Assembly: GCA_977030845.1 (NCBI GenBank)
Contig: OZ365114.1
Location: 19,406,001 to 19,470,000, forward strand
Source of the DNA: Fimbriosthenelais zetlandica
Taxonomy: Eukaryota
Reading direction: 5' to 3'
Length of the DNA stretch: 64,000 nt
Under the pieces are notes generated by a model. That model saw only the letters and a program-made list of their open reading frames with translations, was not told where the DNA came from and searched no databases. Position numbers and translations under genes: made by a program. This document shows positions 1-10,974 of the stretch, in pieces (position 1 is the stretch's first letter; every line of letters begins with the position of its first letter).

Positions 1-291
1 TGTTGTCAAGAATGACTCACTTGTCTGCTAGGCCTAAAATTAAATTATTAATAATTTTTAGTACGGTAATATGTTACAGTAGGCCCCCCTAATAATTATG
101 AGTAGGACTACGGTAAGTCTCTGACCTGTAGTAGGCTGTACGATACCTGTAAATGTTTAATACTAAATAATAGACCTGGTTTGTCTTCATGATTATCAAA
201 ATGCCTTCATTACTTATAGGGCCATCCTAAAATAGGGGTTTAATATATTATACAGCGTATATATTAAATTTATTGCTTTTCTGTCTTTCAG

Positions 292-3200
292 TATTGGCTG
301 CATCATCCATCGCCAATATCGTTAAGAGCAGCCTTGGGCCTGTTGGTCTTGATAAAATGTTGGTTGATGACGTTGGGGTAAATACATTAATTCCTAGATC
401 AATAATGCTAGAGAAGTAAAGAGAGTGAGACATTCAGATTCTGTCGTTGACATGGTCATCGGCTACATTTAATATAATCAGTGACTGAACTAGAGTCTAA
501 TTCTAGAGTATTTTGATCTTCATTTTCACAGGAGGTCACAATAACAAACGATGGTGCCACTATCCTGCAATGTTTAGAAGTCGATCATCCAGCTGCAAAA
601 GTTTTAGTTGAACTTGCCCAACTCCAAGATCAGGAAGTAGGAGACGGAACCACATCAGTTGTAAGTGTTTATATTTAGAAGTACATGTAGACAGAATCGA
701 CAGTAGAATCGAAATAGTTTTCATTAATCTACTCCCATTCAACTTGCTCTCATTGCCTCCTATGTTTTGAAGAGTATATACAATGGGACAAAGAAAATAG
801 AATCAAGTACTTCAAAAGAAGGTCCATGTTAATTAACTGGGTCATTGATACTTAATTCAACAGACTACTGTACTTTAAATACTTAAGATATTTTAGTTCG
901 TCTCCCAATTTTTTGTATATCGCGAAATTGTTTAATTAATTGTTTACCAATTTAATTAATAGAAATGTAACTTTTAATAATATCTTTTTTTCAGGTGATC
1001 ATCGCAGCCGAACTGTTGAAGAATGCTGACGATCTTGTGAAATGCAGAATTCACCCCACCTCAATAATCAGTGGTTTCAGACTGGCCTGCAAGTAAGTTC
1101 AATACATGTAGTTAGCATCCACTTGTATTTAATAACTAATATAAGAGCTTGTTGCACTGTCTTTGAAGTCTCTAGCCTTGGTAAATTATCCAAATTACCA
1201 TCAGAATACGTTATTAAGAACTAAATGTCTAAATCTAATAGAAAATATAATGATGAAATTGCGTTTTTCAGGGAGGCGTGTAAATACATCCAGGAGCATA
1301 TGACCATCAACACTGATGAGCTTGGCCGGGAATGTATCATCAATGCTGCCAGAACCAGCATGGCCAGCAAAATTATTGGACCGTATTCTTTTAAACCAAT
1401 ATAATTTAAAACCCCCTGAAAATTAATATCCCATTCAACTTGCTCACACATACTTCTCATGTAGTGATGGGTATATAATTTGGGAAAAAGCAAAGGAATT
1501 AGTCTTTTTGATCCGTTGTCCTTGTGTCTTGGGTCTCTGCTACTGATATTCTACAGAAGAAATCCTCTAAATTCTTGAAATAGATATTCCCCTTCAACTT
1601 GCTCACACATACTTCTCCTGTAGTGAAGAGTATATAGAGTGGGAAAAAGCAAAGGTATTCCAGTCTCTTTGATCCGTTTTGTTTGCATATTGGGTCTCTG
1701 CTACTGATATTCTACAATTATATTTTTCATTTGGAAAATATGATTTCACGATGTGTTAATTTGTTTTATAAGCCTTAACTGAAGCTCAGAGATTCGGAGT
1801 TCTTCTCTAACATGGTGGTTGACGCTGCTATGGCCGTGAAAACTTCTGATGGGAAGGGAGGACATAAATACCCCATCAAGGCTGTCAATGTTCTCAAAGC
1901 TCATGGTCGCAGCTCCAAGGAGAGCGTCTTAGTCCAGGGTTATGCTCTCAACTGTACAGTGGCTTCACAATGTGAGTAACTTACTAAGCTCAGAATGCCA
2001 TTATTTTATTTGGGGTAATATTCAAGTGAATTACATCCTTTATAATATAGCTTTCAATGAATTTGACCTAAGTAAATGATTTCAAAAATTAAATGATACA
2101 ATTTTTGTTGAACAGTGATGGTGAAAAGCATCCAGAACCCCAAGATCGCCTGTCTCGACTTCTCCCTACAGAAAACCAAGATGAAGATGGGCGTGCAGCT
2201 TCTTATTGAGGACCCGACAAAGCTAGATAAAATGAGAGACCGGTAAGTTTATAAACTTAGGGATCGAATACACTTGTTCATATTGAACAGGATATATATG
2301 GAACTATCTTGCCTTTTTAATGCAAAATTTGCTGAAATTGATATTTTCCCTCCTTTATAATGCTTCTCTATATGTAAAGGAGAAGTGCATTGATATATCC
2401 CCAGGAACATGACCTGCCATGGTAATTAATTACATCTCTCTCTTTATCAGTGAATCTGACATTACCAAAGAGCGCATCCAGAAGATCCTGGCTACAGGAG
2501 CTAACGTTATCCTCACTACAGGAGGTATTGATGACTTGTGTCTCAAATACTTCATAGAGGCCGGAGCCATGGCTGTGAGAAGGTGCAAGAAACAAGATCT
2601 GAAACGCATCGCTAAGGCTACTGGAGGTAGGAAATTATTTTATTAATCATGTAAATTTATTCATTATGCATAGATTTTTGCAAAAGGTAAATTGCCCATA
2701 CTGTACTTGTTTTGTGTTTTAGTTAATTGTTTGTTTTCTCAACTTGCAGGTCAGTTAGTCGTATCTCTGGCTAACCTCGAGGGGGAAGAAACTTTTGAAG
2801 CATCCATGCTGGGATCCGCCGACGAAGTTGCCCAGGAGAGAATATGTGATGATGAACTCATTCTTGTCAAGGGGTGTGTAATTCTTTTATATTTCTGAAT
2901 ATTTTAGGCCTTGATATAATTATAGTTAAATGAATTAACGATGGTATTATAATTGGGATCATTTCACTCTATATAAATTGATTTTTTGTTTTAAATAAAT
3001 GTTTTAAAGTAAATATTTCGTTTGTTTTTTAGAACCAAGGCCCGCACTGCTGCTTCTATCATCCTGCGTGGAGCTAATGACTACATGGTGGATGAGATGG
3101 AACGCTCTGTGCATGACGCCCTCTGTGTTGTTAAACGTGTACTAGAGTCCAAGTCTGTGGTACCAGGCGGTGGAGCTGTGGAGGCAGCCCTCTCTATCTA

Positions 3201-4648
3201 CCTAGAGAACTTTGCTACATCTTTGGTGAGTTTCTAGAATAATAACTTAAACATAAAAATCCCCATGATTTTGCTGCACTCATTTTAACAGTAGTGAGGC
3301 CAGTTATACGCGTGGGGGACAACAAAACCATGGTGGGCAGAAAATTTCCAACAAAAATAAATTTGTTGTGAATTTTCTCCTGCTTGGGACATGGTCAAAC
3401 CTTTATTAAGGTGTCATATGGTCTTAAGGAATTATTTTCTAGTGATCTTGGATAGATTAGGGAATGTTTAAATTTATTAAAAAAGAAAAAGATTTTCTTT
3501 ATCCCCATGATTTTGCTGCACTCATTTTAACAGTAGTGAGGCCAGTTATACGCGTGGGGGACAACAAAACCATGGTAGGCAGAAAATTTCCAACAAAAAT
3601 AAATTTGTTGTTAATTTTCTCCTGCTTGGGACATATTAATAATCGTCCGACCTTTATTGAGGTGTAATATTGATGTATCATTTTCTAGTGATCTTGGATA
3701 GAGAATGGAATATTTAAATTTATTAAAAAAGACAAAAGATTCTCTTTTATCCCCATGATTTTGCTGCACTCATTTTAACAATAGTGAGGCCAGTTATACG
3801 CGTGGGGGACAATAAAATCATGATGGAAAAATTAACTCCCAACAAAATTTTTGTTGTGAAATCTTTCCAGCTTGGGACACGCAATCATCCAACTTTCAGT
3901 TTGTCTTTCCAGATTACCTGATAAGCTAACTATTTTATCTTTAGTATGAGAACTAATGTTACAATAATTGTCACGATATGTAACAATTATTTGGTTTTAC
4001 CAGAATGTATAATTTATAATAAATTTATTTTTTACCAGAGTTCTCGTGAGCAGCTGGCCATTGCAGAGTTTGCTAGATCTCTTCTAGTCATTCCTAAACA
4101 ACTGGCCGTGAACGCTGCCCAGGACTCGACCGACCTGGTGGCTAAACTCCGAGCTTACCACAACACATCACAGACCAAAGCTGAACACCGAGATCTCAAA
4201 TGGTACGTTTATAGTACTTTAAAATACTAAAATACTTTAAACTTTAGTACAGTAAGAAATGAACTCCTTATCACTCGACATGGAACAGAATGAATTATTT
4301 ATTACCTTCTAGCATGTATATTAGACTACTGTATATTATAATATGTATTTATTAATAGAGCTTAGTGAGCATTGAAGTCTTGTCTTATCAGTAACCTGGA
4401 TCAAAGGTGAAGATAAATGTTTTTTTTTTCCTTCCTCCGCCAGGGTGGGTCTGGACCTGTATGAAGGCGTGGTGAGAGACAATAAGAAAGCCGGCGTGTT
4501 TGAACCAGCTATATCAAAGATCAAGAGTCTCAAGTTCGCCACCGAGGCAGCCATTACTATCCTCCGTATTGACGATCTTATTAAACTTACACCTGAACAA
4601 AAAGAGGGCAGTGCATATGCTGAGGCCATGAGACGTGGCGAACTCTAG
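292..4648 (+). CDS. TCP1: T-complex protein 1 subunit alpha (CCT1), 5'-partial. Exons 292-377, 532-660, 995-1092, 1272-1382, 1790-1971, 2116-2242, 2451-2626, 2750-2873, 3033-3225, 4039-4202, 4444-4648; first coding exon lies upstream of the window
   Basis: Spliced translation gives [38 protein letters not shown]...[12 protein letters not shown]...[13 protein letters not shown]...[16 protein letters not shown], the CCT-alpha signatures. All junctions are GT-AG and the frame is continuous to TAG at 4646-4648. Confidence 0.98.
733..865 (+). ncRNA. Box H/ACA snoRNA candidate, family A copy 1 (TCP1 intron 661-994)
   Basis: Hairpin (cccattCAACTTgctc...gagtATATACaatggg), H box AAAGAA at 790-795 14 nt after the upper stem, second hairpin (gaatcaagta/tacttaattc), ACA at 860-862 plus 3 nt. 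The 5' hairpin is homologous to copies at 1429 and 1588. Confidence 0.8.
1429..1558 (+). ncRNA. Box H/ACA snoRNA candidate, family A copy 2 (TCP1 intron 1383-1789)
   Basis: Hairpin, H box AAAGCA at 1487-1492, hairpin, ACA at 1553-1555; tandem near-duplicate of 1588-1719. Confidence 0.82.
1588..1719 (+). ncRNA. Box H/ACA snoRNA candidate, family A copy 3
   Basis: Hairpin, H box AAAGCA at 1646-1651, hairpin, ACA at 1714-1716; same CAACTT/ATATA pocket. Confidence 0.82.
3260..3394 (+). ncRNA. SNORA20: Box H/ACA snoRNA, SNORA20-like, family B copy 1 (TCP1 intron 3226-4038)
   Basis: ccccat-GATTTT-gctg...cagt-TATACGC-gtgggg, H box ACAACA at 3319-3324 14 nt after the upper stem, second hairpin, ACA at 3389-3391. 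The pocket pairs with the conserved 18S segment GCGUAUA-UU-AAAGUU. Vertebrate SNORA20 is also hosted in TCP1. Confidence 0.85.
3502..3636 (+). ncRNA. SNORA20: SNORA20-like H/ACA snoRNA, family B copy 2
   Basis: Near-identical tandem copy of 3260-3394; ACA at 3631-3633. Confidence 0.85.
3750..3882 (+). ncRNA. SNORA20: SNORA20-like H/ACA snoRNA, family B copy 3 (3' hairpin diverged)
   Basis: 5' hairpin nearly identical with an unchanged pocket, H box ACAATA, diverged 3' hairpin, ACA at 3877-3879. Confidence 0.8.
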
Positions 4649-7600
4649 ATAGCTCTAATTTATATAAATCATTCAATGTGTCATGAGACGAGGGTTCTGG
4701 GGTATTATCTAATAGTATCTGCTCCTCTATAATTTATAATGGGGATATGCAGGTAAAGTGCGTGAATTCAGTGGTAAAGCCAAAAATTGTGTCTCCAGTA
4801 ATCTTTCCCTTACGAATGCATCCAATGGGAATATCTTTTTCCAAATTCTGTGTCAAATGTGGACAGATTTTGTACTTACATGTTCACAAGTAAATGGGGA
4901 ACTTTGTATGTGAAATTTACTTGATGGTATCGTATCTAATAAGGCGGAAATAAGATCTCGGAAACACATTTTTCATGGCATATTATGAGGGTGTGGATTA
5001 GTAGCAGCCTTCTCTAGCCAGGTAATCGCAACCTGCCTTACACAGGCCAGCGATGGAAGGCTATACTATGAAGAAAGACGAGCTGATGTTGCTTATATAC
5101 GTCCTGTTTGTTTCTGCTTTGTGTTACAAGAAAAATGGCAACAAAATCATTATCAATAAACATTTTCTACTCACCTATGAAGTCGTATTTAAAGAAAATT
5201 AATATGGAACATGATTTTAAATAGTAGAATGTCTTGGGCATCTCGAGGCGAGCACCCGTGAGCATCTACTGTTGCCGCAGCTGAGGCGATGTTTAATGCA
5301 CGCCCCAGTTGGGGTAACGGTAAATAACACTAGGTGGTCAGTACTTAGCTTTAAGCTAGTAGGACCGACGTAGCAGCTGGTCAGCGAGCTGGTCTTAACC
5401 GGAAAGACTGAAAAATAATTCATTCTTCCAATTCCTATGCTATTTGGGTGTTCAAAGTTGCACTTCTATTAATACGTCACTAACTTAGGTACTAGGCCTA
5501 TACAGAAACTCTTGAGTGTATTGATAGATCAGAGAAACAATGTATACCACTCCCTGGCTTCGTCAGCATTTCATTTGGCCTTCCTTGATCTTGATAGGAA
5601 GAAGCCATTTCCTTCCATTTAAATTGGGGATCTTCCCGTTCATAAAAAAAACTCCCCCGGCCACAGAGAAAATGAAACTAAATTTTGAAATAAGGTCGGT
5701 AGACATGTTCAGGCCTGAAAATTTGCAACGTCATTGAACAATGAGATTGGATTTTCATTTAATGTTCACTATATTTGGATACAGCCCTGTGAACAATTTT
5801 GCACGTTTATTCCTGTCTTGGTCTAACAGGGACACAATCTACTACCTGTAACATGTCGGGCGTCATTATAGGTGTTGCTTTTGAACCTCACAGGTTTTAC
5901 CGTTGATAGGCCTGGCCTCTTCTATAACTACAAGGACAGGTATACAACGGTAAGACCTGCACAGATTACTGCTTCCCGTCTCTGTTGATTATCTTCAACA
6001 ATCCTTCTATTAAGCAGACGCCTCATATCTCCTATAGTATTTAAACCGGCGTTAAAATAAATGTGCTTTTGTACAAATGTACATGACATTGATGAAGATA
6101 AAATGAATCAAACCGACTCATCGGTAAACTTATGTTCTGAGTAAAGAGATATCGTCCTATTCCACTGAGCATGTCCCATGGTTTTACCGAGGAACTCATT
6201 CTAGGGAAATTCCTACATCATCCTCCTTTTCCTGAACTTGAGTCCCTATAATAATCCATGATATATATAGAGAGCTATTGATTGCCAAAAACAGACGGTT
6301 CCGGGACCAGGAAGTCTGAAAATAACTTTTGAACAAATGTAACATTACTCAACAATTACAATTAGTTCGAGTTAGAGAAGATCCAAAAGGCAATATGTCG
6401 GTAATATGATAATCTATTTGAGGGTAAACGTTTCAGTTTACAATAGAAGATCGTTTAGAGATCATGTGCAATCTTAGTGTGGGGTGTGGGTGGGTTCGGA
6501 AGGGTGACAGAATTAAAAATGTTACTGATCTGGGTTCCCTCAATAGTGATGCATTCATAGCCAATCTTTAATCAGCTGATATTAACTATTAGTTTGACTG
6601 GTTTGTTGACATATAACTTCCCATGCGTGAAACTGTTTCACTTCCCCATTCACTGATGCTACACCTATTTCCGGAAAAGTTCACTCTATGATTTTCCCCA
6701 TAAATATCACACTGAAATAATAGACTTATAAATAGTTAAATCTATGCTAATGAATGAATACTACATTGTATTTCCAATTTAGCTTGAGGCCCACCTCCAA
6801 ATGGAATGCCTTCGCCCATTTTATCTTAGTCGCCTGCACTGTGTTATCTCCTGACCACTGACTCAGACACTTATACCGACTTTATAACGTTCATGTAATG
6901 TTACTTTCACTTTCCTTTCCAAACTTTTATATTTAGTGACATCTATTATACGAATCTACAATAGACAACTACATACAACTACATAGAGTACTTACTGTAC
7001 ACTGAAAACGTTTGCATTTTGTCCTCTTCTACATTTACATAAAAAGAAAAAAGTGACCTTTTAATTAAGCTGAAAAACCGTAGTCAGTGTACAGTAATCT
7101 ACCGATACCTAGACATTTTGATAAAACATACGTTTGATCTTAACCCACTTACCTTGCATATACAATGTACTTACTGTGTATTCCATATCTAGAGTGACCA
7201 TGGTTATTTAGAAAGCTTCATTCAAGATCTTTCTCTCTCCTACAACCGTTTACAACTCCCATTATACTTCATTCAGGCACACTCGTGGGGTAGAGATTGT
7301 TTCAATACAAACTGGGACTTTCCCCACACCCCCACAAACTGACTTGATAGAGGTGGGAGTTAGAAACTCGCCGGAATGAATGAACGATCCAACAGGAATG
7401 CTTCACGTAAGACGCGTCATTTACTTCTGACTCACATTCATATCGTAAAGGAAAGTTTGCGGTTGAGTGAACATTTTGCTGAATGGTCAATATTTAATGG
7501 CATTTTTCGCGTAGGCAATAATTTGTAGGCCAAAAAAGTGTTCATGCTCTGAATCTCAAGAACCCGGTAGCTATTTTTGTTAACGAAATATGGGATTTAT

Positions 7601-9774
7601 GTGGTCAAGACAATATAGAAATATCACTTGGTATATATTCACATGGATGCAAATACGTTGGCGGAAAGGTATTTTTTTTTTAACTTAGAAGTGCATTTTC
7701 TATCCATTAATTTTACCATTAAAATGTTTAATCATAGTGATTAAACTTATCCTGAGTCGTGATGTGTTATAAAATGATCTAAGCTAAAGATTTTAAAAAT
7801 CATTAACATCTTTTCATTGAATTATATACGAGACCCATGTGATGGCTCAGCTCAATAAATCAGTGTTTATACTCCTGACAATATATCACAAGTTACGGTA
7901 TACGAAAGATTATGGTTATATTTTATCCTTTAAGATTATTGATTTTTCCTAATGTACAATATTAATATAAGATAACAACCGTCTACCGCCAATTTAATTT
8001 GATCAATACATAGTTTTATTTTAAATAAATTAAATTTTAACATTTAAAAGCCATGAAAATGACTCATTCTAGATAGCTCATTTTTTCATAGAGATGGTCC
8101 CCAAAATTTTCCTGGATTATTTTATATTTAAAAAAATCCTAATGGATTATTTCAAATATAAACAGTACACGTTTAAACCAACTATGTAGCCTATATTTAT
8201 ATTCGAAGTCATAATATTCCTACCTAACCAGATGAAATAACTTAAATATTATGTACTTCGATATTATTATACCATGAAAGCATTATCTGGTACCTGCTCC
8301 TTTGATACGAACAGATAAGCAATTAATGTCGGAGGACTTGAGGTACGTGCCTGACCCCGATATACTGTGCCAGGTTGGATCATACATGTTTGCCTTAATG
8401 AAATTATTGAGAGAAAAAGGCCATATATGTAGTTTAAATTTCAGCAAGAGGAAAGTTTAAGGTTTATGGACGCCATACACGAAGGTGATATAGCCATCAA
8501 AATAATTACATGTATGTCTGGGAGACATTACGATGATCACAGAAACTATTTGTATGCCTACATAATTACAATAATTGTATGTAGAACTTTCTACATTTAG
8601 ATGACATGAGATATAGCCAACGAAACTGAATTTATAATATTTCACTCGCCTAAAACTAATTTGAAGTACCGATATTAATTTAGGATGATTTGTTTGAGAC
8701 AGAAGCTTAATCTACAAAAATTGTTTTAAGAATTCTTACCTTGACAAGTTGTTCCTTGTCTGGTGTCCTCTCTTCATGTGAACATACTGTGTCCTTGTAC
8801 CTCGCTTATACCACTGTGCTGATACAATCAATAATTAAAACTCTATACATCATCAATGTAGAAAGTAAAGATAAGTGCCCTGTGATATTTCTTTTAGACT
8901 TTTTTTCAATAGAATGTAGATAAGCACTAGTACGTTCCTAATGGACGACACCATATATTATGTATCCATTGATAGCCTGTAAAGTAGGATACATTATGGG
9001 CAATAGGTATAAGCCTAATTATCAAATAAATTGCATATAATATAGTCCTAGAATTAGGCCAATGTTGAGCTCTGTAAAAGTAAAGACAAATTTACTTTTA
9101 AAAAAAAATGTGAAAATCATTTTCACCAGATATATTGCTGACAATGGACTATCTAGACCTTATATGAAATCATGGGATTATTGACAAGTAAGCTTATGTT
9201 AGCATGCAGGCTTATCTTGTCTAATCTGGGATGATCTCAGACAGGTTCATTAATGATAATTAATAATATAGGCCTATCCTCCTAATTGACATTTGTTAAA
9301 ATAAAAAGGCCTATAGCCTACGTACTCTACACGTTTCGATGTACCGGTAGGCTATCGATCTAAATTCTTTTTTATTCCAAGTAATGAAATTTGAAATTTG
9401 GGCAAATTCATGATATATTTTTTTAATTAGATAGGCTATATATTAATCACAACAATACTCACCTGACATTCACTACATGGGCGGCTTTCGTTGCCCATAT
9501 GTATGGAGGCCCTATGTCTTTTCTCTTACAGGATCTTATGGTCTCTGACCAATACTGATTATGGGTATAAAATAGGCTACCAAGAGATAAGACCACCTCT
9601 GAACACCACTCCCCAACGCCCACACGTATGTGTAGGCTTTCTTTTTTAGCAGTCCCCCTTCTAGGCATAGCCTAGCAAGGCTATAATACTCGTCAGCTTT
9701 CTGTTTAGGCCTATAATTATAGTGTCGATCAAAGTCCGTAAAAAACGGTTGATATGTCATGTTGTCTGTTCATA

Positions 9775-10270
9775 GCTAAGGCCTATAGCAAAGATATATC
9801 TGGTGCTATAAATGCAACATAGGGCCTATAGCTAGTAGGCCTACGGTAGGCCTATAGGCCTACATACCGGTAGGGGCCTAGGCCCTACATAGCAATGGGT
9901 TTTAATGCGAACATAGGCCTAAATTAAAATGAATGGTAAAAAAATGTCATGCAATAGATGCGTAGACATAAATCAATTTATTCTATGTCTATGTTTATGA
10001 ATGGATGGGAAAATGGATTAGGCCTATGGGTCTAAATTGTTCTAAATTAGGCCCAACCTAGGCTATAGCCTAGGGCCTAGCATCGAGCCTATTAGCTATT
10101 GCTCGATGCCTATATGTCCTGTCCAGGGCCTAAGCAAATAGACACCAAACAGGCCTAGGCTATTCTTTTTTCAATTCAATGATTTTATTGTGGCAAAATA
10201 TGCATAAATAGGCCTGTAGGCTATAGGCCTATAGCCTACTAAATTTGACTTAGGGCCTACATAGGCCTTC
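9775..10270. repeat. Field of TA-flanked short palindromes and spacers (TAGGCCTA, TAGGCTA, TACCGGTA, TACGGTA)
   Basis: About ten AGGCCT hexamers in ~490 bp plus many variants; roughly 0.05 expected at ~35% GC. Confidence 0.85.
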
Positions 10271-10439
10271 AGCACTTTTTAATGATAGGGGTACGCATAA
10301 ATGGGGAACATTTTAATTAATGAATTAAATTCATTTAAATGTCTTATCTGGGTTCGAACCTGAACCCGCCTGGTTGATCAGTGCCATATATGGCCAGGCT
10401 AGCGGGCTGGCGCGCACCCTGAAACCTGATATGTGGAAG

Positions 10440-10499
10440 TCTCCATTGGGAGGCGAGAAAACGTATTCAATATGGCCGCCTCCTGTTGACTAAGAGAAG
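10440..10499 (+). promoter_or_regulatory. Putative UNC45 non-coding first exon 1a with YY1-type motif
   Basis: caatATGGCCGCC at ~10467-10480 in a CpG-richer patch, followed by the donor AAG|GTAAGT at 10499/10500. Confidence 0.6.
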
Positions 10500-10795
10500 G
10501 TAAGTAAAGCGTGGTCATGATTTTTCACGATCTACTCAGTAAATATCAGATCGGGAGAGTATATCTTGAGGAAGATTAGAAAGTGACCGACAGACATTAT
10601 TATGTGTCAATTTAAAAATATTCAAACATGTTTTTGTGATAGAATTTACTCATAAACTGTAAGGGGTGTTGGCCTATTTATAGTTTGCCCGGAGATCGTG
10701 GAGTCGAGGCCGGTAGCCGGGTTGGAGTGTCAGTGTGACGCCGAGCCCGAGCCTGGTATCGTTACTCAGGGTTAGCTTGGGGGGCTGCGAGATAA

Positions 10796-10974
10796 GAACT
10801 TTCTAGATTTTCCCGAAATTTCCAGGCATTAGAGATTTCTAGAAGCTTCGCTATAATTGTAGAATCAGTAGAGCCGAGAAAAGTGCTAGGGCATAGAATA
10901 CTCATAGTCATACTCATAAGTCATAGTCTTCATAGTGGACTGGAGTGGGGTGGCAGTCCCTGGGCCTGGAGTTG
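10796..10974 (+). promoter_or_regulatory. Heat-shock element cluster, TATA-like box and putative alternative first exon 1b of UNC45
   Basis: GAActTTCtaGA at 10796-10807, TTCccGAAatTTC at 10810-10822, TTCtaGAAgcTTC at 10837-10849, TATAA at 10852-10856, donor TTG|GTAAGT at 10974/10975. Confidence 0.7.

Larger units (their letters stand above)
1383..1789 (+). other. U12-type (minor spliceosome) GT-AG intron of TCP1
   Basis: 5' end GTATTCTTT (U12 consensus GTATCCTTT, one mismatch at +5); CCTTAAC branch box at 1773-1779 about 10 nt before the AG; no polypyrimidine tract. Exon frame fixes both ends. Confidence 0.8.

Noticed and set aside
2255-2415. Two hairpins ending in ACA in TCP1 intron 2243-2450 (possible seventh H/ACA snoRNA)
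   Set aside because: No ANANNA H box at the expected hinge, and no convincing rRNA pairing found.
5217-5423. Minus-strand ORF containing RVLASRC (resembles MRPL18) and an in-frame TGA in another frame (possible selenocysteine)
   Set aside because: The flanking residues and spacing do not match MRPL18 or ACAT2 (vertebrate TCP1 neighbours); no selenoprotein motif or SECIS is recognisable.
6204-7323. NF-kB-like sites GGGAAATTCC (6204) and GGGACTTTCC (7314); others at 51245 and 56887
   Set aside because: About two such 10-mers are expected by chance in 64 kb on both strands, and they are not clustered.
10351-10360. B-box palindrome GGTTCGAACC upstream of UNC45
   Set aside because: No A box or tRNA fold; a lone 10-mer is not enough.
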